64,000 nt of DNA from positions 124,001 to 188,000 of IMG/VR virus record IMGVR_UViG_3300048597_000634; one strand, given 5' to 3'. Position numbers and translations under genes: made by a program. Position 1 is the first letter of the stretch. The number at the start of each line of letters is the position of its first letter. Of the stretch, positions 9,026 through 18,316 are shown one piece after another. The notes beneath the pieces are model-generated. The model did no database searches. It saw only the letters and a program-made list of their open reading frames with translations, and was not told where the DNA came from.

Positions 9026-10462
9026 TTAGTCAATGTCCGGGGCGGGGGCAGTGAAGGCACTGAAGGAGGTAGTTGGTTTCTCTTCAACGACCTCGGTGGC
9101 TACTGCTTCGGTCTCGGCTACGGGTTCTGTAATAGGGGCAGCGCCTGTTAAAGAGCCATACTCATCAGCTGTAGCAGTTTTAGGCAACGCTTTAGGGCTA
9201 GCATCGTCAGGCTTCACCTCACCATTAATCAAGGCTTCTTCATACTGAAGACACTGTAAGGCGGTCTGTAGCCAGTCGATTTGGGTTAAGCCTTCGCCTC
9301 GACTAATGATGTTAGGGTCAGTGACAGGGCAGAACACCGGCAAGTGGGTGGCACCAAACTCAGTTTTCTTGAGCTTAGCCAAGTGTAGTTCAGTAACAAC
9401 GGGGAATACTGTGTTACCGCGGAGTGCTAGCCGGCGGGGCTCTCCACTAACGTTACGAGCATTCAAGTAATTACGGTAGTAGTCACCCCAGCTATACAAC
9501 TGAGCACCTTCTGGCAAATAACATTGGCGACCACTGGTGATAATGTCCCGTTCGTATTCACCGGTACCTAGAGAGCGGTGTTGAACTGGGCCCATACCAT
9601 TAACTTTGATGATGAACGGTGCTTCCCGTTGACCTTCGAAGCCTAAGGGGTGATGATAAGTCAGCTCAGCGTCCTTAACGTCTACCCACTTAATGGTAGG
9701 CTTGCCGCCCTTAAGGACATTAGACGAGTCTAGAATGCCGATTTGGAAGACGCAGAACTTGAAGTAGCCTTCTAGCTTACATTTAGTGATCTCAGTATTA
9801 GGCGCCTGAAACTGCTCTAAGGTACCTACATAGTGCTCACCGGCGGCCACACAGTCAGCACAGGTTCGAGTCTCGCTGGTCTTAACTTCTTCCGGGGTGC
9901 CTACTGGAGGACGAGAACCTTTAAGGGTTAGCCAAGGGCGCTCCCCAAACCAGTTGTTAATTGTATGGGGGTTCTTCTTGGATTGGCTAATGCTATTGAT
10001 GGGGATTTCCAACGGATGGTTATCAGTAATGGTCTTCCCACTGTCCTGGTCAATCAGCTCGGTGGTTTGGCATAGGGTGGTGAACTTATCCCCTACTTTG
10101 CCAGACATGCGGAAGCCATAGGCTACCTTGACTACTACACCGCGTAGGGCTACAAAGTGGTGTTGGGCGGCGGCAGTTACTTCACTAAACTCTTCTAAGC
10201 CTTCTTTAGCCAAACGTTCCCGTTCTGCTTTAGTGATGGGGAAGGCCCAACTAAGACGGTCAGAGGTGCCGAACTTAGCTTCTACATGTGCTTGCCAGCG
10301 GCGGTCGCCAGAACCAGAACCAAAGCCTTCTTTAATAGCTAAGGAGTCATTAGACTGCTTAGCCTCTTCGATAAGGCTTTTAAAGTCGCTGAGGTCGATA
10401 GACCCTAAGTCTTGGGTAATAGGTCCGCTAGTGGGTTGAATAATGCTGGTGGTTGAATCCAT
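9026..10462 (-). CDS. Hypothetical protein in the replication module (acidic flexible tail, possibly SSB-like)
   Basis: 478 aa, CxxC, acidic low-complexity C-terminus; function is a guess. Confidence 0.55.
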   Translation of the reverse strand: MDSTTSIIQPTSGPITQDLGSIDLSDFKSLIEEAKQSNDSLAIKEGFGSGSGDRRWQAHVEAKFGTSDRLSWAFPITKAERERLAKEGLEEFSEVTAAAQHHFVALRGVVVKVAYGFRMSGKVGDKFTTLCQTTELIDQDSGKTITDNHPLEIPINSISQSKKNPHTINNWFGERPWLTLKGSRPPVGTPEEVKTSETRTCADCVAAGEHYVGTLEQFQAPNTEITKCKLEGYFKFCVFQIGILDSSNVLKGGKPTIKWVDVKDAELTYHHPLGFEGQREAPFIIKVNGMGPVQHRSLGTGEYERDIITSGRQCYLPEGAQLYSWGDYYRNYLNARNVSGEPRRLALRGNTVFPVVTELHLAKLKKTEFGATHLPVFCPVTDPNIISRGEGLTQIDWLQTALQCLQYEEALINGEVKPDDASPKALPKTATADEYGSLTGAAPITEPVAETEAVATEVVEEKPTTSFSAFTAPAPDID

Positions 10463-10533
10463 TTATATTGCGTGATTGGTTGTTGGTTGATTTATCTAGT
10501 TGCCTTTGGTTTTCTTTTTGTTTGTCGGCGGAC

Positions 10534-11559
10534 CTAGTAGCTTAGGTCATCTACTATTTTAGCGAATGCCCGCCGCGCTTTTACACTGGGTTTAAAGGAC
10601 CAATACGGTGCTTTAGCACGATACCCAGTGGTCTGGAAAAATCCTTCATAACCAGGCTCGGCATAAACATGGTTACATGCCCATACCCAACTGGCAAAGC
10701 GAGCCAACATCATGGGGGCACTGGTTAGATTTTCCCTCATCTGGTCTAAGAAGGGTTCTAAATATAAGGCTAATCCCCAGGCTCTGGCAGCAGACAATGC
10801 TAATGGTATTAGTTGTCCTTCTTTATTACCGCTGCCGTACACCAGGAACCAGCGGAAGTAGTTATGGGACTCAGGGAAGTGATACCAACGGTTAACGCCC
10901 TCTTCAGTAGCCAGATAGTCGAATAATTGAATGACGCTAGCGGTCTCTTTGTCATAAGGTTGGGACTCCTCTGACGCCAGGTTCCACTGCTCCGCTAAAT
11001 ACGGTAGGTAGAAGTTAGTATCTTCCCGTAGCAGTTCGGCGTGCTCCAGTGCTGTCATAGGGAATCTATTGAGCCAATCTGGCAGTCCTGGCACCCCTAA
11101 AGTTTCTACTTCAAAGTCTACAGTTCTGAGGTCTAGTAGTTTAAAGTAGCCGCCCTCTAATGACTTAGCCTTAGACATAGCACTTTTATCTATCTCACCA
11201 GTAATAGGGTCGGCTAGAACCACAAAGATATATTTATTAGATGGTACTGTTACTGTTTGGTCATTGGGGATTAAGTCTTCCACTTCAGTAGGCTTAAGGG
11301 TACCGTAGGTTCTAGGACCAGTTCTAATACGCCCAGTACCTTCTAAACGTGGGTAGAAGATGATATCGGCGCAGGTCCCGTATAAAGGAGAGGGTATGAG
11401 CAGTCGACGGAATTGTTGGACTGTTGGGTTATAGTGTCGTTCAGTGTGTTTAACCAGCCCGCCGCTTAGCCTAGTTATTTGTTGTCCTGTGCCTATGGTT
11501 AGGTAAACATAGCCTGGCAGTAGTTGGTCCTTAACTGTTCTAAAACTAATCCTCTTCAT
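10534..11559 (-). CDS. Hypothetical protein coupled to the clamp loader gene
   Basis: 341 aa; overlaps the stop of the DnaX-like gene. Confidence 0.6.
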   Translation of the reverse strand: MKRISFRTVKDQLLPGYVYLTIGTGQQITRLSGGLVKHTERHYNPTVQQFRRLLIPSPLYGTCADIIFYPRLEGTGRIRTGPRTYGTLKPTEVEDLIPNDQTVTVPSNKYIFVVLADPITGEIDKSAMSKAKSLEGGYFKLLDLRTVDFEVETLGVPGLPDWLNRFPMTALEHAELLREDTNFYLPYLAEQWNLASEESQPYDKETASVIQLFDYLATEEGVNRWYHFPESHNYFRWFLVYGSGNKEGQLIPLALSAARAWGLALYLEPFLDQMRENLTSAPMMLARFASWVWACNHVYAEPGYEGFFQTTGYRAKAPYWSFKPSVKARRAFAKIVDDLSY

Positions 11560-12679
11560 CGGCTTTGATTCCTAGGTCTAAATGGTTAAACATAGCTAGA
11601 TAATCGCTAAGAATGATAGACCGAGAGTGTTGCACGTATCGCATTAGGTAGTCTATGGCCAGTAGTTGGTCTTCTATAGTGCCGGCGCGGCGCTTTATAG
11701 CCCGTTGAATATCACTAATGAGGTCTAAACCCAGCTGCTTGAAGTTGGCGGGGTCATATATCTTACCGAGTTTATTTAGTAACTCATCTACTTCAAACCA
11801 TTTGCCCAGGCGCACGGCTTCCCATAGGGGTAATCGGTCTTGGGCGTCGGCATAACTGAGGAAGTATTTGATAGTAGCCGGTCTTATATATTCACACCCC
11901 ATATCATAGGGTGCTACAGAGGCATAGTAGCTAATAGCTTGTCGTAGAGAGTATTTAGACTTTAGTGCTATGACTTTGGCTTCTGCTGGTTGTAGTTTGG
12001 GGTAACCATCAGGGACTTTATTAGATACCTTGTTTAATAGAAAGTCTTCTATCTCGTCAGGTAGTAGACCTTTAAGGTGTACTTCTACCCCTCGGCTGGC
12101 TAAAGCAGTTCTACTGCGCTCACCCAGTTCCTCTTCTGCCATAGTAATGAAGAAGAATAATGTATAGGCTGGCGATGCTTCAACCTGAAGTAATACGTCT
12201 TGTCGAAGTCCTTTGTGTATTGTCTGCCACTCATCAAAGATAATAAAGCGGTAGGCTTTACGATTATTAAACATAGTGGGAGGGACTTTACATAGCTGTA
12301 AGGCCTCTTTAACCTGTTTTTCTGGCGTCATGTCGTCGCCTTTACCTTTCTGCACCAGTTTTATGTTGGTGTAATTAGATGCTGCATCTCGGAAGTCTAA
12401 AATCGATTTACAAGTTTGACATTTACCACAGGGATCTACTTTCTCATAAAGAACTCCATCTAGCGTATAGTCTTGTGGGTCTTCACATATGTAAGACCTA
12501 ATCATTAGGTTGACTAAGGCAGTCTTGCCCGTGCCCGTTTCTCCTGAGACGTAGAAACTATTAGGTGTGAATTTAGAGTTATGGGTTATACGACGTAGTA
12601 GATTATGGATAATGCGTTTATGTCCGTAGTAATCTGCCCAGCGCATGGGCGCCAGGTATCTAGGAAGATTAATGCTCAT
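11546..12679 (-). CDS. dnaX: Clamp loader AAA+ subunit (DNA pol III gamma/tau-like)
   Basis: P..W.D..GH..I, GETGTGKT, DPCGKCQTC zinc module, IIFDE, ALASR, SLRQA. Confidence 0.8.
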   Translation of the reverse strand: MSINLPRYLAPMRWADYYGHKRIIHNLLRRITHNSKFTPNSFYVSGETGTGKTALVNLMIRSYICEDPQDYTLDGVLYEKVDPCGKCQTCKSILDFRDAASNYTNIKLVQKGKGDDMTPEKQVKEALQLCKVPPTMFNNRKAYRFIIFDEWQTIHKGLRQDVLLQVEASPAYTLFFFITMAEEELGERSRTALASRGVEVHLKGLLPDEIEDFLLNKVSNKVPDGYPKLQPAEAKVIALKSKYSLRQAISYYASVAPYDMGCEYIRPATIKYFLSYADAQDRLPLWEAVRLGKWFEVDELLNKLGKIYDPANFKQLGLDLISDIQRAIKRRAGTIEDQLLAIDYLMRYVQHSRSIILSDYLAMFNHLDLGIKADEED

Positions 12680-12686
12680 GTGAAGG

Positions 12687-13055
12687 TCAGCCTCGGAAGA
12701 ACTTATGCGGCTTATTAGTCACCGGTAGTCCTTTAAATAAGTCTTTTAATGGTGTGCGGAACTTAACAGAACAGGTCAGGTCTAGCTTACTTTGGTTGTT
12801 AGACCAGTAGACTGTGCCTTTAGTGTCCTTTTTACAAAACAGCAGCCCAGCTTTACGCCGGGCTTGTAGATATTGTTCAACGCTTACACATCGCCGTTTA
12901 TACAACGTCTCGTTTTCAATATCCTTTTTAGGGTAGGTAGCCACTACAATGTCAGCGACGGTGCGTGCTACCTCAGAGTCAGACAAATACTGCTCGACTT
13001 TAATTCGGAATGGGGGCGGGCTCGGATGGTTCGTCGTCATTCTTCTTATTGGCAA
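12687..13055 (-). CDS. Hypothetical protein
   Basis: 122 aa ORF. Confidence 0.5.
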   Translation of the reverse strand: MPIRRMTTNHPSPPPFRIKVEQYLSDSEVARTVADIVVATYPKKDIENETLYKRRCVSVEQYLQARRKAGLLFCKKDTKGTVYWSNNQSKLDLTCSVKFRTPLKDLFKGLPVTNKPHKFFRG

Positions 13056-13218
13056 TCAGCTTAGTGACTTCTTTTACTATACGAGCACCAGCCCACCGAT
13101 GGTTAGAAAGCATCACTAACTCATCCACAGACAATTGATTTAAATGGTATTGGAGCTCATCTTCGGCGTAGTAATGTAGTCGATTAAGCGTTTGTAATGC
13201 GTTGAATGGTCTAGGCAT
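13000..13218 (-). CDS. Hypothetical protein
   Basis: 72 aa ORF. Confidence 0.45.
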   Translation of the reverse strand: MPRPFNALQTLNRLHYYAEDELQYHLNQLSVDELVMLSNHRWAGARIVKEVTKLIANKKNDDEPSEPAPIPN

Positions 13219-13228
13219 GGCGGAAATT

Positions 13229-13260
13229 AAAAGGGGTGGTCTACTAATAGACTACCCCTT
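13229..13260 (-). terminator. Terminator downstream of HU
   Basis: AAGGGGTGGTCTA/TAGACTACCCCTT stem with U tail. Confidence 0.7.
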
Positions 13261-13304
13261 CATATAAATCTTGGACGGTTTCCACTAAGTGGGTAGGTAG
13301 CTTA

Positions 13305-13577
13305 TCAGCTAACTCGGTCTTTGAACTCTTTGCCGACGGTAAATACGACGACCTTCCGTTCCGGGATGGTAATGGTCTCACCGGTTTTAGGGTTACGACC
13401 CTGCCGCTCAGCACGGCTTTTCAGCTTCCAACTACCAAATCCAGGGATGACTACAGAGTCTCCTTCCTCAACTGCGTCTTCAATAATGCTAAACACACTA
13501 TTGACACAGTTACTGGCTTCGACCTTAGTCAAACCAGTGTTGGCAGCTAATCGGTTAACAAGTTCGGTTTTGGTCAT
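13305..13577 (-). CDS. hup: Histone-like DNA-binding protein HU
   Basis: MTKTELV...GFGS...R.GRNPKTGETITIP...F..GK.FK. Confidence 0.95.
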   Translation of the reverse strand: MTKTELVNRLAANTGLTKVEASNCVNSVFSIIEDAVEEGDSVVIPGFGSWKLKSRAERQGRNPKTGETITIPERKVVVFTVGKEFKDRVS

Positions 13578-13626
13578 CGGGTTTTGTTAGGACGTTATTA
13601 CGACAGGCATTCTACCACGCTGGCTA

Positions 13627-14076
13627 TTAGTCGGCCATACGTTTGAGGTCGTCGGCGTATTGACGTTGGTAGGTGACGAAGTAGATACCGGGGTCTAACA
13701 ACTGGTCGCCGTGCTCAGGGTGGGTAACTAAGGTCTGCTCTTCGTTAACCCAGATAGGACCTTGCAAAGCATTAGCGTTAGAACGAACGTAGAACTTAGC
13801 GTTAGCTACACTGGCTTCGTCTAAGCAATGACGGGAACCACGGGTATTGCCGGGGGCCAATTGGTAAACAGGTGCGGTTTCAGTGACAGTGCCTAGGTCT
13901 TCTAAGGATTCTACTTTCCAGATATTGATGTCGCCTTGGGCACTAAACCGGTCATTGGTGATAAGCGTCGGGCGGGCGGCGGTATCGTTGGCGTTCTCCT
14001 GACCATGGCGGATAATCTGCTGGATTACTTCAGCAGCGGTCATAGGGGTATCGGCGGCGATAGTGGAATTGCTCAT
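13627..14076 (-). CDS. Conserved hypothetical protein (QGD...H...HPEH...QRQY family)
   Basis: AQGDI, LAPG...GSRH, THPEHG..LDPGIY..YQRQY. Confidence 0.65.
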   Translation of the reverse strand: MSNSTIAADTPMTAAEVIQQIIRHGQENANDTAARPTLITNDRFSAQGDINIWKVESLEDLGTVTETAPVYQLAPGNTRGSRHCLDEASVANAKFYVRSNANALQGPIWVNEEQTLVTHPEHGDQLLDPGIYFVTYQRQYADDLKRMAD

Positions 14077-14136
14077 ATTGGAATTGGAGTTGTTTGTAAT
14101 GATTGGGTAATTTGGTTGGACTTCAACCTATTATAG

Positions 14137-14370
14137 TCAGTGCGTCAGTAAATAGACAGTTATGTCTACTGAAGCTGAAACCACGTTGGCATGGATTTGT
14201 TGAGCGTAACCCACTGTATTGCTACTAAGACGAGCTCTGTTACTTATATGGTTATTAACCAGTACTTTACAGATGCCGTCTATAACCGACGAGAAGTACA
14301 TAATGCCTGCCTGTCGGTTAGGTACGATACTAGGTGCGTCTAGCCCTAAAACTGCAGCTTTGTTAATCAT
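14137..14370 (-). CDS. MLTK-family small protein (MINK)
   Basis: ATGA overlap with the upstream member. Confidence 0.5.
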   Translation of the reverse strand: MINKAAVLGLDAPSIVPNRQAGIMYFSSVIDGICKVLVNNHISNRARLSSNTVGYAQQIHANVVSASVDITVYLLTH

Positions 14371-14591
14371 ATCAAGCACTGCCTTAATCCTACTTCTACG
14401 GCAATAATAGCGGAGCTATAAAACCCGTTAGAGCCATCGTAGTAGGATACTCGTTCAGCGCTGTTAATACTCATTTGTAGGACGTGCAGTTTTAAGTTAA
14501 TCAAGCTGGTGTAATCCCGGCAATAGATAATTAAACGACGTTGGAGGTCTGCTTGCTCAGCTAATTTATCCACTGTACGTTTAGTAATCAT
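14367..14591 (-). CDS. MLTK-family small protein (MITK)
   Basis: Internal ATG ATT ACT AAA. Confidence 0.5.
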   Translation of the reverse strand: MITKRTVDKLAEQADLQRRLIIYCRDYTSLINLKLHVLQMSINSAERVSYYDGSNGFYSSAIIAVEVGLRQCLI

Positions 14592-14643
14592 TGCCGGGCT
14601 ACTCGTTGCTGCTTGTGGTGTACTTTTTGTGTTTAGGTGTGTG

Positions 14644-16344
14644 TCAAGCACTTAGTAATCTCCTTACTGCTTCTGCAGGGCTCAAGTCACCACCATCACC
14701 GGTATCATCTCCCTCTAAGTCATCTAGGTCGAAGTCCATCAGTAACTTAGACCCCCGGATTTTCTCTACCGCTAGCGCCACTTGGTGGGTATCAATCAGC
14801 CCATTGGTGTATATGTAATGGGTATTGACTTCTTTGTTAGGGTTTCCAGGGCGCACGGCACGCTTAAGGCTTTGCAATATAGAGAGGCTAGACCAACCAC
14901 AACAGTAATAGATAACGTCTGAGGCGGCGGTTAAGTCAATGGATTGGGCGGCTAAGTTAAGGGAAAAGACGCCGGCCTTAATGCCGGGGTCATACTGGAA
15001 CTTAGTCCGTCGGTCTACTTGTTGCTCCTGACTAAGACTGTTAGGGTCAGCTAATGGGTCACTGGCATATAACCTAGTGACAGCATTTGCTCCGAAGTAC
15101 TCTGACAGGTATTGGGTCACTAACCTGGCAGACGCCACATAATGACAGAACACCACTACCTTGCCTTTAGCACGCTCTACTAACTTCCTTACTTTGATTA
15201 TCTTGTTAGATTCTGGCACTCCATTGGCTACTTGTATAAGCGGTACGATAAGCCTTAAGGTCTGAGCATTAGCCCCTTTATGGGTGGCTAAGGTCAGTTG
15301 ATGGCGGTGGGCGGTTAAATATGCCTTATGTAGTTCTAGTTGGTCTGGGGTGGCTTCTACCGGGTGCATATGGACAATAGACTCAGGCACCGTGATGCAC
15401 GACTTAACTTGTGGGTCGTCTACCCTTACTCGGTAGATATAGCGTCGCATTAAATCGTAATAGTCAGGCGCTTTAGTGGTGTCTAACGCCTTTAGCCACC
15501 GTTCAGGTCCATTAAGGGTATTAGCCTGACCGGTATAGTTAGTCCTTAGCTTCTGTTTAGTAGTGAAGTGTCTGGTAAAGGTATTGCGGTCGCTATAGGG
15601 GAATTCATTACGGTAGATAAGGTCAGCACATACCGTATAGATATGGTTTATTTCCGTAAGGGTACCAGTTAAGCCGATGCGCCGTTTAGCGCAACGCCCT
15701 ACTAAAGACAATTGTTGGGTACGACTAGACCCGGCTTGGCAGTTATGGATTTCATCTATGACAAAGCAACTGGGTCGACAATGGCGACGCAACCAACGGC
15801 TAACCGTAGCCCGCTTCCCCTTATAAGCTCTGCATCTGTTCTTAGGGAAGTCATGGTTGTATATTAAGACGGGGGCTGTGGATTGCCGTAGCTGTTTATC
15901 GGTACGGATTACTTCGTACTCAATGGGGTGTGAGAGTGACTTATTAAGACGGTCTAGGTCTTCTGTCCAACGTCCGGCACTTAATAGGTTAGGCACGGTA
16001 ATTTGGATAGCCCCCCGGCGACGGCCGACCATTGGATAATACAGCGAGTACAACGCTAATAGAGTAATAGTAGTTTTGCCTAATCCAAGTCCATGGGTCA
16101 GGACATGGTTAGGTCTGGTGCAGAGTATGGCGGCGTCACTAACTTGATATGGTCTGAACTCCAAGTTAGTATTTTGTTTGATTAGCTGTTGGTATAAGTC
16201 GTTAATGCGCCGGTGGTGCTGACTATATGACTCTAACTCCGTTAATAGGTCGTCTTCTATTAACTCGAATCGTTCTAGTTGGACGTAGTCAGTTAAGACC
16301 ACCTTATCGTCAGTAGCGGGCGGGCTTGTGTTTTGATATAGCAC
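14644..16344 (-). CDS. SNF2-like helicase
   Basis: RPYQ, GLGLGKT, IDEIH, LTGT, KVVVFC, SIDLTAA, RAVRPG. Confidence 0.85.
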   Translation of the reverse strand: MLYQNTSPPATDDKVVLTDYVQLERFELIEDDLLTELESYSQHHRRINDLYQQLIKQNTNLEFRPYQVSDAAILCTRPNHVLTHGLGLGKTTITLLALYSLYYPMVGRRRGAIQITVPNLLSAGRWTEDLDRLNKSLSHPIEYEVIRTDKQLRQSTAPVLIYNHDFPKNRCRAYKGKRATVSRWLRRHCRPSCFVIDEIHNCQAGSSRTQQLSLVGRCAKRRIGLTGTLTEINHIYTVCADLIYRNEFPYSDRNTFTRHFTTKQKLRTNYTGQANTLNGPERWLKALDTTKAPDYYDLMRRYIYRVRVDDPQVKSCITVPESIVHMHPVEATPDQLELHKAYLTAHRHQLTLATHKGANAQTLRLIVPLIQVANGVPESNKIIKVRKLVERAKGKVVVFCHYVASARLVTQYLSEYFGANAVTRLYASDPLADPNSLSQEQQVDRRTKFQYDPGIKAGVFSLNLAAQSIDLTAASDVIYYCCGWSSLSILQSLKRAVRPGNPNKEVNTHYIYTNGLIDTHQVALAVEKIRGSKLLMDFDLDDLEGDDTGDGGDLSPAEAVRRLLSA

Positions 16345-16347
16345 TGG

Positions 16348-17196
16348 TTAGCTTAAGTGAGGTTTTAACATTAAGAGGTCTTGGTGGAAAGACCAAGATG
16401 GGCTGCCTGGTAGGTATGGTGTAAGCCATTCATTACGGGTTACTACGTTATGCCCTTTCTTGTATTTAGTGATAGCTTCGACTCTAGGTTCACACCGAGC
16501 TGGGCGGGCTGGATTTAAAGTAAAAACCGCCGGTCGCCTGCCTAGCTTTAGGTCAGACCGCCGACGGCATTCATTTAAGCCCATTCCATCCAATACCTTG
16601 GGATATAGCAGCCTAATGCCTCGGTAAGCTAAAGAACCGCACACCAACATGGGAACCGTAGATGGTAATGCTTCTAACTCTAGCTTTAACCATGTCAAAA
16701 CACAAGGCTTAACGTGGGTATGTAACAACGGCTTGCGCGCCCCTGGGTCACACTTCAACACATTAGTAACCCAACAGTCATCATAGGTGTTCAACCCAAA
16801 TATCTCATTGAGCTTATATCTGATGTAGCCGCCGGCGTTATACGGTCTTAACAACCCAGTCTTCAGTCTCAATCCGTTATCACCCCGTCTAGTATCCCAG
16901 AAGGGTTCGCCGTTGGCTGCTTCCCAATGTCCACTAAAATCACTGATGACTATCAGTTTTACTTTGGTTAAGTCGTCAGGGCCTGCACCAGGTGCGACTA
17001 AACTGAGGGGCTCTGACCTACGACTACCATCGTTTAATTGATTAGCTTCCATAGCCTTACGGTTACGGGCTTCTCTGACCTCACCTAAAGGGCATACGCT
17101 GCACTTAGTATCGCAACGGATAGTAGGGTGGTCACCGGCTAAATATCGAGTAGGTGGGTCGTTAGGCAGTGGTGGTGTGATTTGTGCTTCGGGCAT
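16348..17196 (-). CDS. Uracil-DNA glycosylase family 4-like protein
   Basis: CxxCPL, GxGP, GEPF, WVTNVLKC.P, C..WL..EL, (L)NPA. Confidence 0.7.
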   Translation of the reverse strand: MPEAQITPPLPNDPPTRYLAGDHPTIRCDTKCSVCPLGEVREARNRKAMEANQLNDGSRRSEPLSLVAPGAGPDDLTKVKLIVISDFSGHWEAANGEPFWDTRRGDNGLRLKTGLLRPYNAGGYIRYKLNEIFGLNTYDDCWVTNVLKCDPGARKPLLHTHVKPCVLTWLKLELEALPSTVPMLVCGSLAYRGIRLLYPKVLDGMGLNECRRRSDLKLGRRPAVFTLNPARPARCEPRVEAITKYKKGHNVVTRNEWLTPYLPGSPSWSFHQDLLMLKPHLS

Positions 17197-18085
17197 GGTT
17201 ATGTCTAAAGAAGTTGGGGTCGTCGGTCTTGATTACTACGGCGTGTTCATGCCCTCTAGGTTTCCACGATTGGACTAGCTCGTTGATGTTAGGCGCGCCA
17301 TTGTTAGGGTTATTCCTCAAAGTCCATACGCCATGGCTACCCTTAAGCGCTACAAAGGGAGCGTTGGGGTACATATGGTAGAGTTCCTTAGCTAAGTCGC
17401 TGGTCAGGGGTCTTTCATTAGTTCTAAGTAAGAGGTATGGGATGTTATTAATGCCGGCTACTTGTCCTAATTTATGCCGCTTGACTACCCTACCAATAGA
17501 CTTTTGGAAGGGGGCGTTAATTTTAGCGCCCAAAGGGCACATATAGTCTAAGAACTCTTCGTCAGTCATAGTGGCTAACTTCTCGTACAACTCGAAGGAT
17601 CTACCGGTTAATCCGTAAGCAGCGTGGACCAAGATAGTCTGGTTTAGTCGGTTGAGCATCAGGTCACGGTCGCTGATGTATTTAAGGAAGGCGGGGGCTG
17701 GCTTATTTGGGAAGCAATGTTGCCAACAGGTAAGGGCGGCGGATTGTTCAAAATTAACCACCATGGTTAAGTTAGGATGGTCTAGCTCGGCGTCTAATAG
17801 GTCTCTAGCGGCTAGATGATGATCTATAAGGGTTATCTTATGTCCTTCTTTCAGCCAGCGTTTTAGAACCTTAGCAGGGTAATGGTAGTCAACGATGTAG
17901 ATGTTTTTGGGACTATCACCGAAGAATAGTTTATTATTTTCTATCTGGTGGCTGCGCCCCACTAATTTGATGCTGGTGATGTTTTGTTCTTGTAGCCAAC
18001 GGTTGACTACCCAGGCGGCGGCATAGCCATCTGGGCACACCTGACTATTATTGACCATGTGGTAGATGATGTAGTTATTCGGCAT
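17162..18085 (-). CDS. DHH-family phosphoesterase
   Basis: IYH..CPDG, IVD, IDHH, YISDRDL, GH..A. Confidence 0.85.
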   Translation of the reverse strand: MPNNYIIYHMVNNSQVCPDGYAAAWVVNRWLQEQNITSIKLVGRSHQIENNKLFFGDSPKNIYIVDYHYPAKVLKRWLKEGHKITLIDHHLAARDLLDAELDHPNLTMVVNFEQSAALTCWQHCFPNKPAPAFLKYISDRDLMLNRLNQTILVHAAYGLTGRSFELYEKLATMTDEEFLDYMCPLGAKINAPFQKSIGRVVKRHKLGQVAGINNIPYLLLRTNERPLTSDLAKELYHMYPNAPFVALKGSHGVWTLRNNPNNGAPNINELVQSWKPRGHEHAVVIKTDDPNFFRHNHARSTNHTTTA

Positions 18086-18311
18086 TTTCTTTTAGTAGCT
18101 CCAGCACGATGCGTGGAGGTTCTCCTTGGATGGGGGATCTAGTTACGTGGTCTACTTTGTAGATAGTTGGTTCGGTGGGCTCGTCGCCTAGGTGTTCTTC
18201 AATTAATACTTGTCCTCGACGAAGTACCCACTGGCGCCGGCGCCAACTCATATAATGCGGGTACTTTAGTTTACTTTTGGGATCGGTGATGGCGGGCTTC
18301 TTTTTAGGCAT
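18075..18311 (-). CDS. Hypothetical protein
   Basis: 78 aa ORF. Confidence 0.5.
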   Translation of the reverse strand: MPKKKPAITDPKSKLKYPHYMSWRRRQWVLRRGQVLIEEHLGDEPTEPTIYKVDHVTRSPIQGEPPRIVLELLKENAE

Positions 18312-18316
18312 AATCG